64,000 nucleotides of DNA. Source: Trichinella spiralis. Lineage: Eukaryota. The position numbers and the translations under genes were made by a program. The number at the start of each line of letters is the position of its first letter. Position 1 is the first letter of the stretch. Where the stretch lies: NCBI RefSeq assembly GCF_000181795.1, contig NW_003526940.1:2065854-2129853 (forward strand), written 5' to 3'. Positions 23,341-37,459 of this stretch are shown here, piece after piece. The notes beneath the pieces were generated by a model. The model saw nothing but the letters and a program-made list of their open reading frames with translations, had not been told where the DNA came from and did no database searches.

Positions 23341-25425
23341 CGCTTTCTGTACAAGTTTCTACTGCTGTATGAAAAGAAATTCAATCAATTTACTGAACAC
23401 ACCATTTTTTAAACTTCAGCTATTTTTTAATATATCCATTTATTACTGTTTTATGTATGCATGTTTTCCTAACTTTGAAAAATAACTTTATCTTAACGCA
23501 ATTGGAAACTGCAGAATTGCATAGTAAATTGATTGAATTTCTTTTTTATTAAATTGCACAGTAAATAATACTGTCAACACAACAAATCTTCAAATGGTGA
23601 CACTAATTTTAAATGCAAATATATTAAAAAAACAAGCTAATTCAAAAGTAGTCTTTGTAAAGATTTGCATGCTGTTTATTTATTCTATGGCTGTCAATTG
23701 CACTCGAGAACGCAGCGTTGACTTACCACGTAAATTGTACATGGAAATCATTTATTGTTCGATTTGAAACATCGCATCAGTTGTAAATTATCATAAAGCA
23801 TCTCTGAACAACGATTTCGCTTTGAATTCATTTTTAAAACAATTTTTGCATATGTTACAAAAAAATATAATCAAGTATTATTTTGAAATTGGAATAAAAA
23901 ACACGCTCAATTCTTACTTAATTGTTGCGCTTCAACTTTAATAAATAACTTTTAAAAAAATTGCGTGCTTTATATAATTTTTATTTTTTTTAATAGATAA
24001 TTTTTTCAAAAATTATTCGTCGAAAAAAAATTTGAAAATTCTTTTTCTTAACTGTTTTGCATTGGTTGCGTTACTATTTGCCAGTTTGATCTTGGCTGAA
24101 TTTTCAAATTTGTTTCTAAAAGTAGCAAGTTGCAATTGATTCATTCACTGGCAGTATTCAACTTTTGCAACATTTAAGAAGAATTTATTGCAGCAGAAAG
24201 AAATTGATGATAATAATGAAAGTAGTCGAAGAAAGATTTGCCAGCGGTTGCCAAAAATAGATTCCATGATTAGTCGATAATGTGCATCACATTTGCAGTG
24301 AAAACTGCGGAAATTGTGTGTGATTTCAATTCAAAAAATAAAAAAAAATTCACATGAAAAGCAGGAATTTTTTTCCCTTTATTGAATTGATTTGCAAAAC
24401 CCTTCGACTCGTCCGTGTAATTAATTAATTTTTTTCATTTCAGATCAGTTTATAACAAAAAAGTTTTTATAATTAAAAAAATATTCATCATTTATAAACA
24501 ACTCAACTGAAGCTGCAATAATTATTAGTGAATATAGTTGATTGATTGAACTTGAAATCAATTTCAATTTTGCTATTTGAGTAGAAGGTAGAAAAAATAA
24601 AAACATTCATTTTTCATACATGAATAATAAATAAATGATGCTACTTTCTTTCATCACGTTTTGAAATGAATTAAAATAGATGAATAAAGAAATTTTGAAT
24701 TAACATATAAAAAAACATTCATCCTAATGTATTTTCTGAAGTAATATAGAGGCGCGTTTGCATAATTTCGCACAAATAATTGAAGTTCATCATTCATTCA
24801 TTCATTCATTATTATTACTGCCTTGTTAATAATGAATGAATTGTCATTTTCTTCTATACTTTTCGCACACATGCGCCCACGTATGGAACAAAAAGCAATC
24901 ACTTACAGGTTTACAAGTTTTACAAAAACAGCAAGTGAGTGAGAAAGTAAACAACAAACAAGCATATCATCAAAAGAAACAACAAATTCCCCCTCTCCAT
25001 TATATTTTATACGACGTGAAAGTAGTATAAATTGGTTCACACCATATGATGGAAGACAAAATATTTCACATTTTTATTCAAAAAGTACAATTTATTAAAA
25101 ATAAAAAATAATAATTACTAGAATAAAAGAAAAAAAAAGAAATTTTTTAAGAGGTCGTCCAAGAAATAAGATCGAAAAGAAATGCAAAGCGAAAGTGTTG
25201 TGCATGCCAACTGAACTGACAAGAGCAAAATGATGAAATGTTATATTATGAAACTGAAAAAGAAACAAGTAAAAAATGAATAAATATTAAAAAATAAAGT
25301 ATAACTTATTCTTTTTTTTAAGTAAGCCACTCCTCTGTTTGTTGATTTTCCAGCTTGATCTGAGCCGACGACAAACTAACTAACTAATTGACAAAGCAGA
25401 TCAGATCAGATCAGATCAGATCAGA

Positions 25426-25600
25426 TCAAAGAGGAAGATAAGCTGAAGAAGTTGTCGGTAAAGCGGAATGCATGATGTAATTGAAATTGTTCATCGCTTC
25501 TTGTCCGATAGTGTTGATTGCCGTTGGGTTGGTAGTAGTAGATGGATTGGGTGGATAAAATGCGTGGCCCAGGAAATTTTCACATCCAGCAGCAGCGGCC

Positions 25601-25631
<31 letters not shown>

Positions 25632-25861
25632 GGCTTATCGCATGAGATGGATCGTTGTTGCATGGCAACGTCCCACCATTACCATTACTACCACCACTAG
25701 CGCTAGCAGTAGCACCAGCACCAACACCAATACCAACACCAACATTACCAGCAGCAGCAGCCGCGGCATTGAACATCACATCCGAATAAACAAACGGGAA
25801 TAAAGAAAACAACGGAAACACTGATGCAGTCGTGTTCGGGATACTACCACCACCAGAAGCC

Positions 25862-25893
<32 letters not shown>

Positions 25894-28800
25894 TGCCGAA
25901 TAAGGTACTCTTGGATCGTTCACTTTCGACGGCAATACCCGTAAAGTGTTGATAGGAAGTGCAAAAATATCGGAAGAAGAGATCTGGCTCAGTTGAGGCA
26001 AACTTTGGTTCAAATAACACTCTTCATTTCCATTCCATTTTGCCAGAGTACTACCACAATTACTACTACTGCTGCTGCTACTACTACAACTACTGACTGA
26101 ATGCTCTCCATAAGGGTGCAAAAATCCTCCATATCCGTCATTACGAACTGGTGTCGATTTCGTCGGATATGCCAACAACATTTCACTTTCCCGCATATCG
26201 CATAATAATTCAGCTAAAACGTAGAGTATTTTTTCAAATAAAATAAAATAAAATAAAATTAATTACCAGTTTCTCCAGCCGATACTGTACTAGCGGATGA
26301 TTGTGATTCCGGTCTGATGCAATGATTGGCCACCAGTTGACCATGAAAAAGACCACTACCACCAGCAGCAGCAGCAGCAGCTGAAGTGTACAATGGAGCC
26401 TGAGTTGATGGAAATTGTGTTACAGTTGGTCGCAATAATAATAAATGTTCTAAAAATAAAAGTTGTTGTTTTATATGGTTGCATAAAATAAAATAAAATA
26501 ATTGCATTTTATCATACGATCAGCAGCAGCAGCAGCGGTGGCAGCAACAGCAACAGATGACCGTTGTTCAATAGGCAACACCCCATTGATTAGCGCACAG
26601 TTGTTGTTTTCTGATGCTCGTCGTTCCGCCTGCCGTTGCATTGTCGAAAGTTGAATGCAAAGACGTTCTTTCTCGAACCTGAGGCATTTTTCTTGTTGTT
26701 CCAAATCCTGCCAAATAGAAAAAGTGAGATACAAGATGTGTTTTAAGATACGATTTACATATATATACAGATATAATTAAAAAAAATATGCACTTTCAAA
26801 TAGCTGCACGATTTGGTCAACAGACTCAACGTGGTGTGACGACTGACATCCGCTCCTAGTGGAATCAGCGCTTTCAAATTGTCCAAGCATTGTCTCAAGT
26901 GGGCTCTTCTGTAAAAATAATGGAAACTTGACTAAATCGAGGGGTCAAATCAACCGTGCCAATAAAAATTCACTCGCACTCACCTTCCTTTCTCCAATTC
27001 ATTATGAGATGCCCTAAAATCATAAATCTCACCAATAAAAAAAATATATATATATACATATAACAACAAAAATGCAAATTGAAGTTTAAAAAAAACAATA
27101 TTCATCCCAACAAAAAAAATTCACATCGAATAGCAACTGCGTTGAAAATTTGCCTTCCAATAAATAAATAATTTGCATAAAAAGGAACAGAAAATTTTCG
27201 GATTTGTTTTGACAACTGTCAAAAGCACAATGTCGTCGCATTGTTATAACAACCTTGAATCAGCAAGAAAACGACAACAAAAATTGAATCACCTGCTTTT
27301 GCTGACAGTTTCTACGTATAAAAACATGCCTCTGAATTTCCCGAACAAAAAAAAGCCAATTTTTCACCACCCACACATCGTATATGCTGGTAAAATATTA
27401 CACACAACAACAACAACAACAACAAAAAATAATCAATTTTTTCTAAATATAATTTCAATAATAATAAATGAGCAATTTGGGTGGATTTTTTTTTCCGAAA
27501 ATTGTTACCCACAACTGAATCTATGAATCATTGAAACAGAAGAAAAGTGGTTTTTTTTAAATACAGATGATATTATATATGTAGAATAGCGGAAAAACTG
27601 GCTTTTCATCAAATTGCAATAAACCCCACAAAAAAATCAAATAAAACACACAACTAACCTTTGGAAGAAAACTTTTCAAAAGACAATAGCAAGGTCATTC
27701 TATCTATTATTTATTTGTTTATTTATTTCTTTATTTATTTATTCAAGTACAGTACAGTACAGTAACACAAAATTTGAAGTTGAAAGAAAGTGATGAATGA
27801 GAATCTATAAATGATGATGAAGAAAAAAGAAGAGCACACGAATGACGAATAACAGCTGGCGTTGATTTGGTCAAGGATGACGACGACGACGACGACTTCG
27901 ACGCTGTCATGCGTTGATAAAATAAAATAAATAAAATAAAAAGCCAATAGCCGGCATCGTAACACGCCACTAACAAGAACAACAATCAATTTTTCCTATT
28001 ATTACTATTTTTTTGTTCAAACTAACATATTTATATATTCAGAAAATTATCCACCTCTGTGAAATATTGCTCTTGTTTTCAATAAAATGCAAAAGAAGAA
28101 GAAGAACTATTTTTCACAAGTAAAATCAAATTAATAAAACTCATCAAATATATTATATTAAAAAAAGAATAAAATATCTGTTATTTTTTTAAACAAATGC
28201 TGCTGTTGTAGAAGTCGAATATCGCAGTGGTAATTTATAACAAAAAAACGTTGCTGCATATTGACAAAAATTGAAAATTTTTGCTCGGCAGCACACAAAT
28301 TCTCTAGGCTAGTAGCACTTGTCAATCATGACAACACGCAAAGCATGACGAAACTCGACGATGCATCATCATCATTTTAAGAGAAAGAAGAAGAAAGAGG
28401 AGAGAGGAAGAGGAAAAGAGGGAGGGGGAGGGGGAAATGGAAATTGTGCAATTACCACATGACACGCACTTATCGTGAACAAAAGACTCTCTCGTTTTCT
28501 TACTGTACTCGACCACGTGACAAATTTTTACATTACACGCTGTTGTGTGTTGTTATTCTTTTTTGTTGAAGAACTTTTCCCAACAACCGACCGACCGGAC
28601 GAGAATTTAAAACGATCGATCGATACCAACTTTGCACAATATATACTAAATATACTATATGAAAAACTCTCGCGCATCTCGACGACAACAACAACAACAA
28701 CCGCTTTAACAATAAAATGGACATTCAAATTTTTATATAATATGCACACACACACACACACAACAGACATTACTAAATCTTCGCTAATGATAAAATCAAT

Positions 28801-31800
28801 TTTAACCGATTCTTGCTTCATTCGGTCAAAATTGAAAAAAGAAATATATTTGAAATTTCCCATGATAAATAAAATAATCAATTTTCAAAAAAAAACATAG
28901 ATATACATATATTTTAAAATACTCTTCACACAGCAGAGCCTGAGGAATTAAAGAATTTGATGCTGCTACGTTGAAAAATGCCAACTTTCAGCTCGCGTTC
29001 AAAAATCTACTTTTTCACAGATCAACAACAACTGGCGTGCCAAAAGCTATTATTTAAAGCGGTTGGTTGTCTGTCGTAGTCTCGTTGTCGATTCAACAAC
29101 CATGCCAACAAAAGACACAAATAACGTGTTTGAAAAATTGTGTGAAATATTCGACAATTTGACTGAGATTAATTTAAAAAAAAGAAGAAAAATCTAACAA
29201 ATAATCTCACCAATTATCTTTTTTACTTTCTGAATCAATCTGCCAAAGTAGAAGTTTTTCTTTCTTCTTTTTTTTCAATTTCAAAAGTAACATTTGAATG
29301 AATGAAAAAAAATCATTTCCTGATTTACAATTGTCAAGGCAGTGAGAAAGAGAAAACACATTACATATACACACACACAGACAGACAGACAGACAGACAG
29401 AAACAGATAGAGACAGAGCTAACAAGTACAAACAATTAAGCAAAAGTATGAAAACATCGAAATTGATCTTCTTGCATAAATAAAAATTCATAGTACAAAA
29501 TCTTTACATGGCAAACAATCGTTGCAAATAGTCAATTTGAAATGAGTCAGTCAGTCAGTCAGTCAATGTGTGGTAAATAAATTTTCAAATTTCACCTTCC
29601 TTCTAAATTGTGGAACAAAGATCCCCACCACAAATCGAAAGATGCAAAAAATTTTCCCTCTTTCACCAACATTCATCATCACAATCAACACTGGTCGATG
29701 ACAAAAATGTGTCAGCTTTTTAACTTTTTTTTCTTTTTAAATTTATTACGTTGAAAAGCAATAAACAACAGTCGTGCTTATTCGAATCAAAGCGGTTGAA
29801 TATAGTCAAATAAATTTCGCCAATTTCAAATGTTCCACCCCCACCCTTGTTACGAACAAGAAAATCATCCATCGACTGTTCATCAATAAAACCATCAGAA
29901 GATCGACATGCTTATAAATATATATATACTTAGTTTTTTCTTTCATCCTCGATTACACTACCTGAATCTTCATTCTCAAAAATGTTCACAATTTCTTTTC
30001 TTATACAAACAACTTTTAACAAAATTTCCAAAGCTGATCTTAATTTCTAAATAAAATCGATTGTACATGTACAAATAAATAGAATGATAATGGTTTTGAG
30101 AAAAATAGCCCAAATTTCAATTGTACACTAACTTTTTTTCGGAAAAAGTGATTTAATAAATAAAAAAATAATAATTTTTCATCTTTTCAAGTTTCTTCGA
30201 TTGCTCTGAGAAGCAGCAGCAGCAGCAGCAGCCGAGTTCGAATTGAGCTTTCACAGAAAACACTTCTATTTCTCATTGCATGCTTGTGTGAAATCGAACG
30301 CGGAATCCATTTCCAGGCAACTTAACTAACCAACTGAAACAAACTGCTCGCTCTAGCTTGCTTGTTATTCTGTTCGTTCGATCCGTGCAAAGAATGAGAA
30401 AATAAATATTCACGCCAAGAACTATTATTATTATTATTGGAATGGAAAATTTTCTTCTTCTTCTTCTTCTTCTTCTTATTATTATTATTATTATTCTACT
30501 TCTCATAAGTTGTCATGGTTTATGGGAGATGAGGGGTAATTTTTCACAAATTGAACGAACAAGTAAAAATATTCCAACGGAGATTTCTGGACGGGCTCAT
30601 TTTGCAAACTTGTTATAATAATAATAATAATAATAATAATCAAGCCTGGCAGGTTTTTTTCTATCATTAAGTTCAACAACAGTACAACCGTTGAATAAAA
30701 TTTTTGCACACTGACTATGAAGGCAATGTGTTGAAAATTGTCTCATTTTTGTCCGATAAAATCTGCACCCAGAAAAGAAAAAATTGACAACTATTTTTAT
30801 AATAAAGAATGAAATAATTTTTCACATTTTAAAAATAAGCAACAGAAAAAGAGAGAGAGAGAGAGAAAGTTGACGTGAATTAATTTATCATTTTGATTTT
30901 GAATTGAAAAAAGAAATGGGCAAAATTCTTATCAATTTCACCGCTTTGAAAATAAAAATAAAAAAAAGTGACAAACTGAACAACAAGCTTCATCCAACAA
31001 AAGCTCCCCCATTCTTTCTTTGTCTCTCTCACCATGCCAATTCACCAATAATGTAACAACAGCTCTTTTCTGAAGAAGAAACAACTACTTCCCATTATTA
31101 TATATTCAAACTTTAAATTTGTTTCAAACTTATGACGCATGTCAAGAGAAGAAAAAATAATAACAACAACAAAAAAGTTTGGTTTGCGTTGAAAAATTAC
31201 AACCAACAGAGAAGATGGTGAGAGTTGGAAAAAAAATTTTCAAACAACATTTTCGCATAACATTGCTGCGTCGTTGACTGTAGTAATGAATGATAAATAG
31301 ACAAGACAAAAAGTGACTGACCTGTTGTTGGCTGGAGACGATGGATTGTCTGACGAAGTTACTGACAAATCAGTAAGTGTTGATTCTTGATAGCAGGGTC
31401 GCTTGGCAGCATTAAACGGCGTGAACAATTCATCATCTTCCTCTTCTTCTACCTCATCATCATCATCATCATCATCATCGTCGTCGTCGTCGTCGTCTTC
31501 TTCTTCTTCTTCCTCTACATCGTCGTCCTCGTCCTCGTCATCATCACCATCATTATCATTAACATCATTATTATCGTCGGTGTCAGCGTCGTCTTCGTCA
31601 TCATCTTCACCTTCTTCATCATCGTCATCTGCCAAAAAGTTTTCACTTTTTGTAACTGTTGATGTGGTTATAGAATTGCCATTTCTTCTTTCCAATGTTA
31701 GCAATGGCGAAATACATTTTTCCACTGCAAAAGATTGATCTAATATGAAAGAAAGAAAAATATAAATAAAAACTAATAATAATCACAACATTCTCGAATC

Positions 31801-31879
31801 AATATTATTATTATTATTACTCACCACGTTCGTAATTTTCAATAAAAGCGGCCGCTTTGATTAAATCTGCTATACTCAT
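25426..31879 (-). CDS. MXD: Mxd/Mad-family bHLH-ZIP repressor (MDL-1/MXI1-like); exons 31879-31825, 31724-31322, 27013-26984, 26908-26794, 26707-26518, 26449-26267, 26213-25426
   Basis: N-terminal Sin3-interaction-like [14 protein letters not shown]. b[47 protein letters not shown] followed by a zipper ([15 protein letters not shown]). All phases are compatible. Confidence 0.88.
31425..31630. repeat. Trinucleotide low-complexity tract encoding poly-Asp/Glu in Mxd exon 2
   Basis: (TCA)n/(TCG)n/(TCT)n runs on the + strand. Confidence 0.9.
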
Positions 31880-33611
31880 CGAGTCTAGGTAAAGTGACAA
31901 TGATGCTTTAAAAAATTATCAACGGCAACTAATGATTATAATTTCAAATTCTACAACTTTTCAGAAGCCGAAACCGACCGCCGTCGAAACACACTGACGC
32001 CCGTTGCCGGTGAACGACGTCTTTTAACTCGGACGATCGACCAATCAACGTCGCGCCAGAAACGAAACGTGCAACGTCAACGCGCAAAGCGCCTTCTGTT
32101 GGCTGCAATTTCTTTTTTCTTCTACTCGTTTTGAAAAGAACCGGTCACACGCCGGTTCGAGCTTGTGAAAGCAAAATCGCTGCAGAACCGGAGATGCGAC
32201 GTTCGTTGAATGAATGAAAAGAAAAAATCGAACAACCCAATCCCGCAACGTCGAAATCAACCACTGCCACACCCGAAAAGCTCCAACAACGCACGCGACG
32301 AGCTTCCAGTGGATGTTTGCGTCCCAGCGTGGGCAGTGGTCGTTCAATGGCAATTGCCGCTGTGGGCGACAATGAAATTACCGACAAGCGGACCAGTTTT
32401 GCAACAAAGCACTGAAAATCAACACACTGCAAGCTTTCTACTCTTTCACACTGTCCAGATGTTCCATCAATTCGAAATAAACAAATAACTCCGATCACCC
32501 ACGTTAATAATTGTACATGATTTTCATTTAGATTACTATATTACAGTATTCAGGTTATTTTCGAAATGCATCATTTTTTCAAAATAATTTGGTTAATTTA
32601 AAATTTCATAAACATCATTGAACAAAACTATTAGAAATTTTTTAAAATCGGATACATTTTTTATAAGAAAAAAACAGTTTGAAATATTTCAACAGAAAAT
32701 TACAACTGATCATTGCATGTCGTACGTGTATTTGAATGGACAAAAATTGAACATTTGAATTTATTGATCAGCGACACAACTTTACCTACACCGCAGTGTC
32801 CATTTTTATAAACGAGCTGATTTTCATACTCATCGCAAAAATGAAACTGATTTCAAAATTTTTTTTCGCTCACTTATTTAATTTAAAGCTTAATAATTAC
32901 AATAATAAAAGTTGTTCATTTATTTTAAATAAAAATTTGTTTCTGCTTTTCTGTATAAAATCACAAACATATCTTGATTTGATGTTTTTTACACTTCAAA
33001 CTGCTGTTCATTATCAACTTTTACATTTATAACATGCTGTTCCTTGTTTATACTGCAGAAATGTGTTCCATAATTGTATTTGTTGCGTAAAAACTCATTT
33101 GAGCATAACTTAAAACTAAAATTGCAAGCTTTTTAATTAATAATGAAATGAACCTCTTGCAAACAAACTATTCAATATTCATCCAGTTTCATCTATTTTC
33201 AGCATTAAAAATTATCATATTTATCGAAAAAAGTTTCAAGTTTTATCGTCTTGCATCATCACAAATACCTTTAATGCGTCTTGCTACATCTGCTGCTGAA
33301 ATTGCTCGCCGAATTCGAGGCGGAATCAGTTCACTAATAGTTTCATTTGTTTATTACGATGATCAAAAAGTGTTTTATAAAACTATCAACTGATTTGTTC
33401 AAACGTTCTAATAAAAAAAATTTCAATCAAATGTTATGCAGGTTTATAAAATTGCACGTGATAGCACTTAATTTTACTGTAATTAGAATGCAATTTTATT
33501 TTGGCGTTTCCAAGCATTTATAAAAATTTTTAATAGTATATTTCCTTTAAAATTTGACAATATTATGTATTTATAATATTTTGAATGTATTCCTGACCCA
33601 TTTATTATCAA

Positions 33612-33686
33612 CAGAACTTTATAGAAACTTTATAGAATTTCTAGAAACAATGTACCTGCACATCATAACCAGAGGGTGGTATATAA
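33612..33686 (+). promoter_or_regulatory. Heat-shock elements + TATA box of sHSP gene 1
   Basis: GAActTTAtaGAA and TTCtaGAA arrays; TATATAA at ~33680. Confidence 0.75.
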
Positions 33687-33766
33687 TGCGCCGTCTTTAC
33701 GTATTTTAGTCATTTATTTCAGTGTCCAGCCTAGTGTCCGGTTGACAATAGTTTGTGTGTGCTAAA

Positions 33767-34261
33767 ATGTCGTTGAATCCGTGGATGAATCCTTGGGGTG
33801 ATGATGGCTATCCTTATTGGCCAGCAATGCGACCAGCTCGTTTTTTCGAAGACTTGGGACGCATGATACGCAATGTAGATGATATGTGCCGTATTGGGCA
33901 ACAGATGGAGAATTCAGTTCAGCGTCATGTTTGTGGTGCAACTACGGAAGTTGTGAACAACGATAACAAATTTGAGGTGGCTTTGGATGTGAGACATTTC
34001 AAGCCTGAAGAATTGACGGTGAAGACTATCGACAATCGTTTGGTTATTACTGGAAAACACGAAGAGAAGCAAGATGAACACGGCTTTATCAAGCGCGAAT
34101 TTACACGTTCTTACTATTTGCCTAAAGGAGTAAAGCCTGAACAGTTTACTTCTAATTTGTCGGCTGACGGAAAGCTGATCGTTACTGCGCCGAAGATGGC
34201 TATTGAAGGAAGCAAGGAACATAGAATTCCGATCGCGAACGTTGCAGCAAACAAGAAATGA
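33767..34261 (+). CDS. Small heat shock protein (alpha-crystallin/HSP20), intronless
   Basis: KFEVALDVRHFKPEELTVK...GKHEEKQDEHGFIKREFTRSYYLP...LSADGKLIVTAPK, C-terminal IPI motif. Confidence 0.96.
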   Translation: MSLNPWMNPWGDDGYPYWPAMRPARFFEDLGRMIRNVDDMCRIGQQMENSVQRHVCGATTEVVNNDNKFEVALDVRHFKPEELTVKTIDNRLVITGKHEEKQDEHGFIKREFTRSYYLPKGVKPEQFTSNLSADGKLIVTAPKMAIEGSKEHRIPIANVAANKK

Positions 34262-36410
34262 TATTCCTTGAAAGCAGCATTGCGAATAGAGTTGTGTCAG
34301 TGATTAAAATTTCGTAGTCTGTGTTCTTCAATGTTTAAAGTTGTGGTGTGGTTTTTTGTAATTCTTGTGTGCGTAAATTTTGCGTTGTTCTTGTCTTGTC
34401 TGCTTAAATCTTGTATTTCGAAATCATTTTTAGAAAATTGCCTTTTTATATAGCATAGTTAATTTAAACTATTATCATGAATTGCTGACACAACTGATGA
34501 GTGAATAAAAGCTTTGGACAAAATTTTGTTTTGTGAATTTAAAAGTGACAATAAATGGTAGCATTTGTTTCAGTAATCGTAGCCGTGTATCGATGCGTAC
34601 GCTTGTTCGCAAAGTAAACTTCAATGCGTATCAAATAAAAGCTGCATGAAGTTTCGGCAAAGAAACATTAATTAAAGTTGCAAAATTTGATCGTAGGTGT
34701 GAGAGGTTTCGTAAAGTTTTTGCAATTGGGAAGATCTTCAGTGATTATATTTAGTATGCAATGAGTCATTCGAGGTCTGTAATTTATTTTAATTTTCAAG
34801 TAATAAACAAATGTCAGAGTTTATATTGTTATTATTCCATTTTAGGTTAAAAAATTTTTCAATATCCGATTTGTTTTAAAATGTATTTTTTAAAATTTGT
34901 CGACGGCAGTGATCAAATATAAAACAAGTGCAATGGAACTGCACATTTTTATTTAGTGTAAATGTCATGCAACACATACAGAATTATAATTTTACATTAA
35001 ATTGTACCAAATCACTTTCTGATTTTGAAATAGGTAATCGTGATGGCAAAAATTGCAACTGATTTGTATAAATTTCAAGGCAACTTGTAAAAACTCTTAT
35101 CAAATCTGCATTCAAGTAAATGTTTTTGGGAAATAATTTTTCACATGTATCCACTCTGGAGTGAAATAAGTAAAATTGAAAAGATTTGAAAACGAAACAT
35201 TCAAGAGCAATTCAAACAAACGTAGTTTTTATCATTTGTTTTTTCAAATCCCACACCCACTTGTTTCAAAATTCTTCTTCTGAAACTTTAAAAATCACCA
35301 AAAACAACTACATTACAATGATAAATTTGGAGATTTCATTGAAAAAACGAGATTGTTTATCAAAAGCAATTTATGAAGAAACAAATACAAAAAACAGTAA
35401 TGTCTACATTTCTGAAAAATTAGTTTTTAAGCATTTTTTTGACTCTTTAAATCCATGTTGCTAAATTTGTTTTTCAGCTTTTGCATGTCAAAAGTTGAAA
35501 AATGAAACTGTTCATTTTCACGCATAATGGTGAATTATGAAACGCTAAATTCTTGCTGCTCAGTGGTGCAGTAAACCGTGGTAAAAGTCGTTTTTTGTTC
35601 GTTGCCTTCTGATATGCCAAGCTTCTTGTGCAATCTTAAGCTTTATTATTCTACAATCCATTTGAAAACTGCTCACATTAGAATTTTATTTTGCACAACA
35701 TGTACTGGCTAGCAAAACTTGCATTTCAGCTGCAAAATACAGCTTTGTTTGTTTCTAGCTGCCTTGTCGTTGCTTGCTCAAAATGTTGCAAATGTTTTAC
35801 ATCGCAAAATGCTAAAAATACAGGCAGTCTGCTGTATAATTTATATAATATCTGCTAGCATTTTACTCGCGAAAGTATTGATTAAAATTTATTTATTTTG
35901 TTATTTTTTTGCAATAATTCATTTATCTGCTTTTGTACATAAAGATTAATATTGCAAAGAGAAGCAAAATAGAGAATAGTTAAACTGCAAAATATTTCTC
36001 TTTTTTGACAAATGCATGCAATTCAACATTCAAATGTGTTTTTTGCAATTTTTAGAAGTATTTTTACTGTATGCACTGTTAAAAATACACGAAATGCAAG
36101 TATATTTTTTGATGATTTGCAAATTTACTGTACATCATGAAATATTATATAATTGAAATACGATTTGAAAATGATTTGTTTTTTTATAGAAAAATTAAAT
36201 CAGTTATTTAAAAAAATTTTTTTGATTTTTCAATAGTTGCAAGGTGCATTGCAATTGGTGCATTGATGGTGGTAGTGGATGAAGTATTGTTGCAATTAAA
36301 AATTACCGTTTGTTGATATTTTGCTCAGAATAAATTTTATCTGAATTTTTGAAATTTTAAATACCATTTTAAAGGGAATTTGAAAAAAGTGATCAAAAGG
36401 TGTTGTTCAC

Positions 36411-36476
36411 TATAGAAAATTATAGAATTTTCTACGCAGAAATGTACTTGCACATCAACCACTGATCCTATATAAA
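36411..36476 (+). promoter_or_regulatory. Heat-shock element + TATA box of sHSP gene 2
   Basis: GAAaaTTAtaGAAttTTC (four nGAAn units, one mismatch); TATATAAA at 36469-36476. Confidence 0.8.
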
Positions 36477-36555
36477 GGGTTGTTTATCGCGGCTGCAATC
36501 ATTTGCTTTGGTTGCGTTCAGCGAGTTTGGCTGGTGTGCACTACATTTTGTAGAA

Positions 36556-37053
36556 ATGGCCTTGACTGCGTGGTATAATCCGTGGGTTGATGATCCATTT
36601 TGGCCGTCGTCTCGACCGGCTCGCTTCTTCGAGGATCTGAGCCGCATGATACGCAGCTTTGATGACATGTATCGAGGTTTGCCGAACCAGATGAACGTGC
36701 CAATGAATGAGCTGTCGATGTGCGGAAATGCATCCGAGGTGGTGAACAACGACAACAAGTTTGAAGTTTCACTCGACGTGAAGCATTTCAAACCTGAAGA
36801 GCTGACTGTGAAAACTACCGACAATCGTCTCGTCATCACCGGCAAGCATGAGGAGAAGCAAGATGAGCATGGCTTTGTCAAACGCGAGTTTTCTCGTTCT
36901 TACTATCTACCACAAGGCGTTAAGCCGGATCAGTTTGTCTCCAACTTGGGTCCGGATGGAAAGTTGGTTATTACAGCACCGAAGCAGGCGATTGAAGGCA
37001 GCAACGAACGAAAAATTCCAATCACCGCCGCTCCGGCTGCTCAGAAGAGATGA
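36556..37053 (+). CDS. Small heat shock protein, tandem paralog, intronless
   Basis: Alpha-crystallin domain nearly identical to 33767-34261; ERKIPI motif. Confidence 0.96.
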   Translation: MALTAWYNPWVDDPFWPSSRPARFFEDLSRMIRSFDDMYRGLPNQMNVPMNELSMCGNASEVVNNDNKFEVSLDVKHFKPEELTVKTTDNRLVITGKHEEKQDEHGFVKREFSRSYYLPQGVKPDQFVSNLGPDGKLVITAPKQAIEGSNERKIPITAAPAAQKR

Positions 37054-37459
37054 AGTGCAAAGTGCGGAACGAAGAGCAATGCAAAGTGCAGGCTTATTTT
37101 AAGCGTTTTTTAAAGTTGTGTTTAATGATTATTGTAGTTTTTTCTGAATTTCAATGCCGCCGCTTTTTTACGTAGATATTTGGGCTTAGTCATTGTAATG
37201 AACATGCGGCCAGATTTAGTTTCGTCAAATTTCAGTCTTGCATTGCGCGGTGTGTTATTGCGAAATAAAAGTGAAAGCCTGCATTTGTTTGTTTTTTGTA
37301 GTCCAAATTTGCAATTGCATTGTTACAGAGTTGCACGCACAACTGAGTTTGCAGCGTAATTCTGCGCAGTCAAAGGGGACGTTTCTATAGAAGCCGTTTA
37401 ATCAAGTGAAAAACATCGATCGTTACTTTATTCTTAACAAAAACACTCAAATATAAAAT

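Noticed and set aside
25397..25428. CRISPR-like or functional repeat array
   Set aside because: Simple (CAGAT)n microsatellite without spacers; no CRISPR is present in this eukaryotic window.
28514..28519. CACGTG E-box in the Mxd intron (autoregulation)
   Set aside because: A single hexamer is expected by chance.
31387..31738. Poly-Ser and poly-hydrophobic + strand ORFs
   Set aside because: Alternative readings of the Asp/Glu trinucleotide tract of Mxd.
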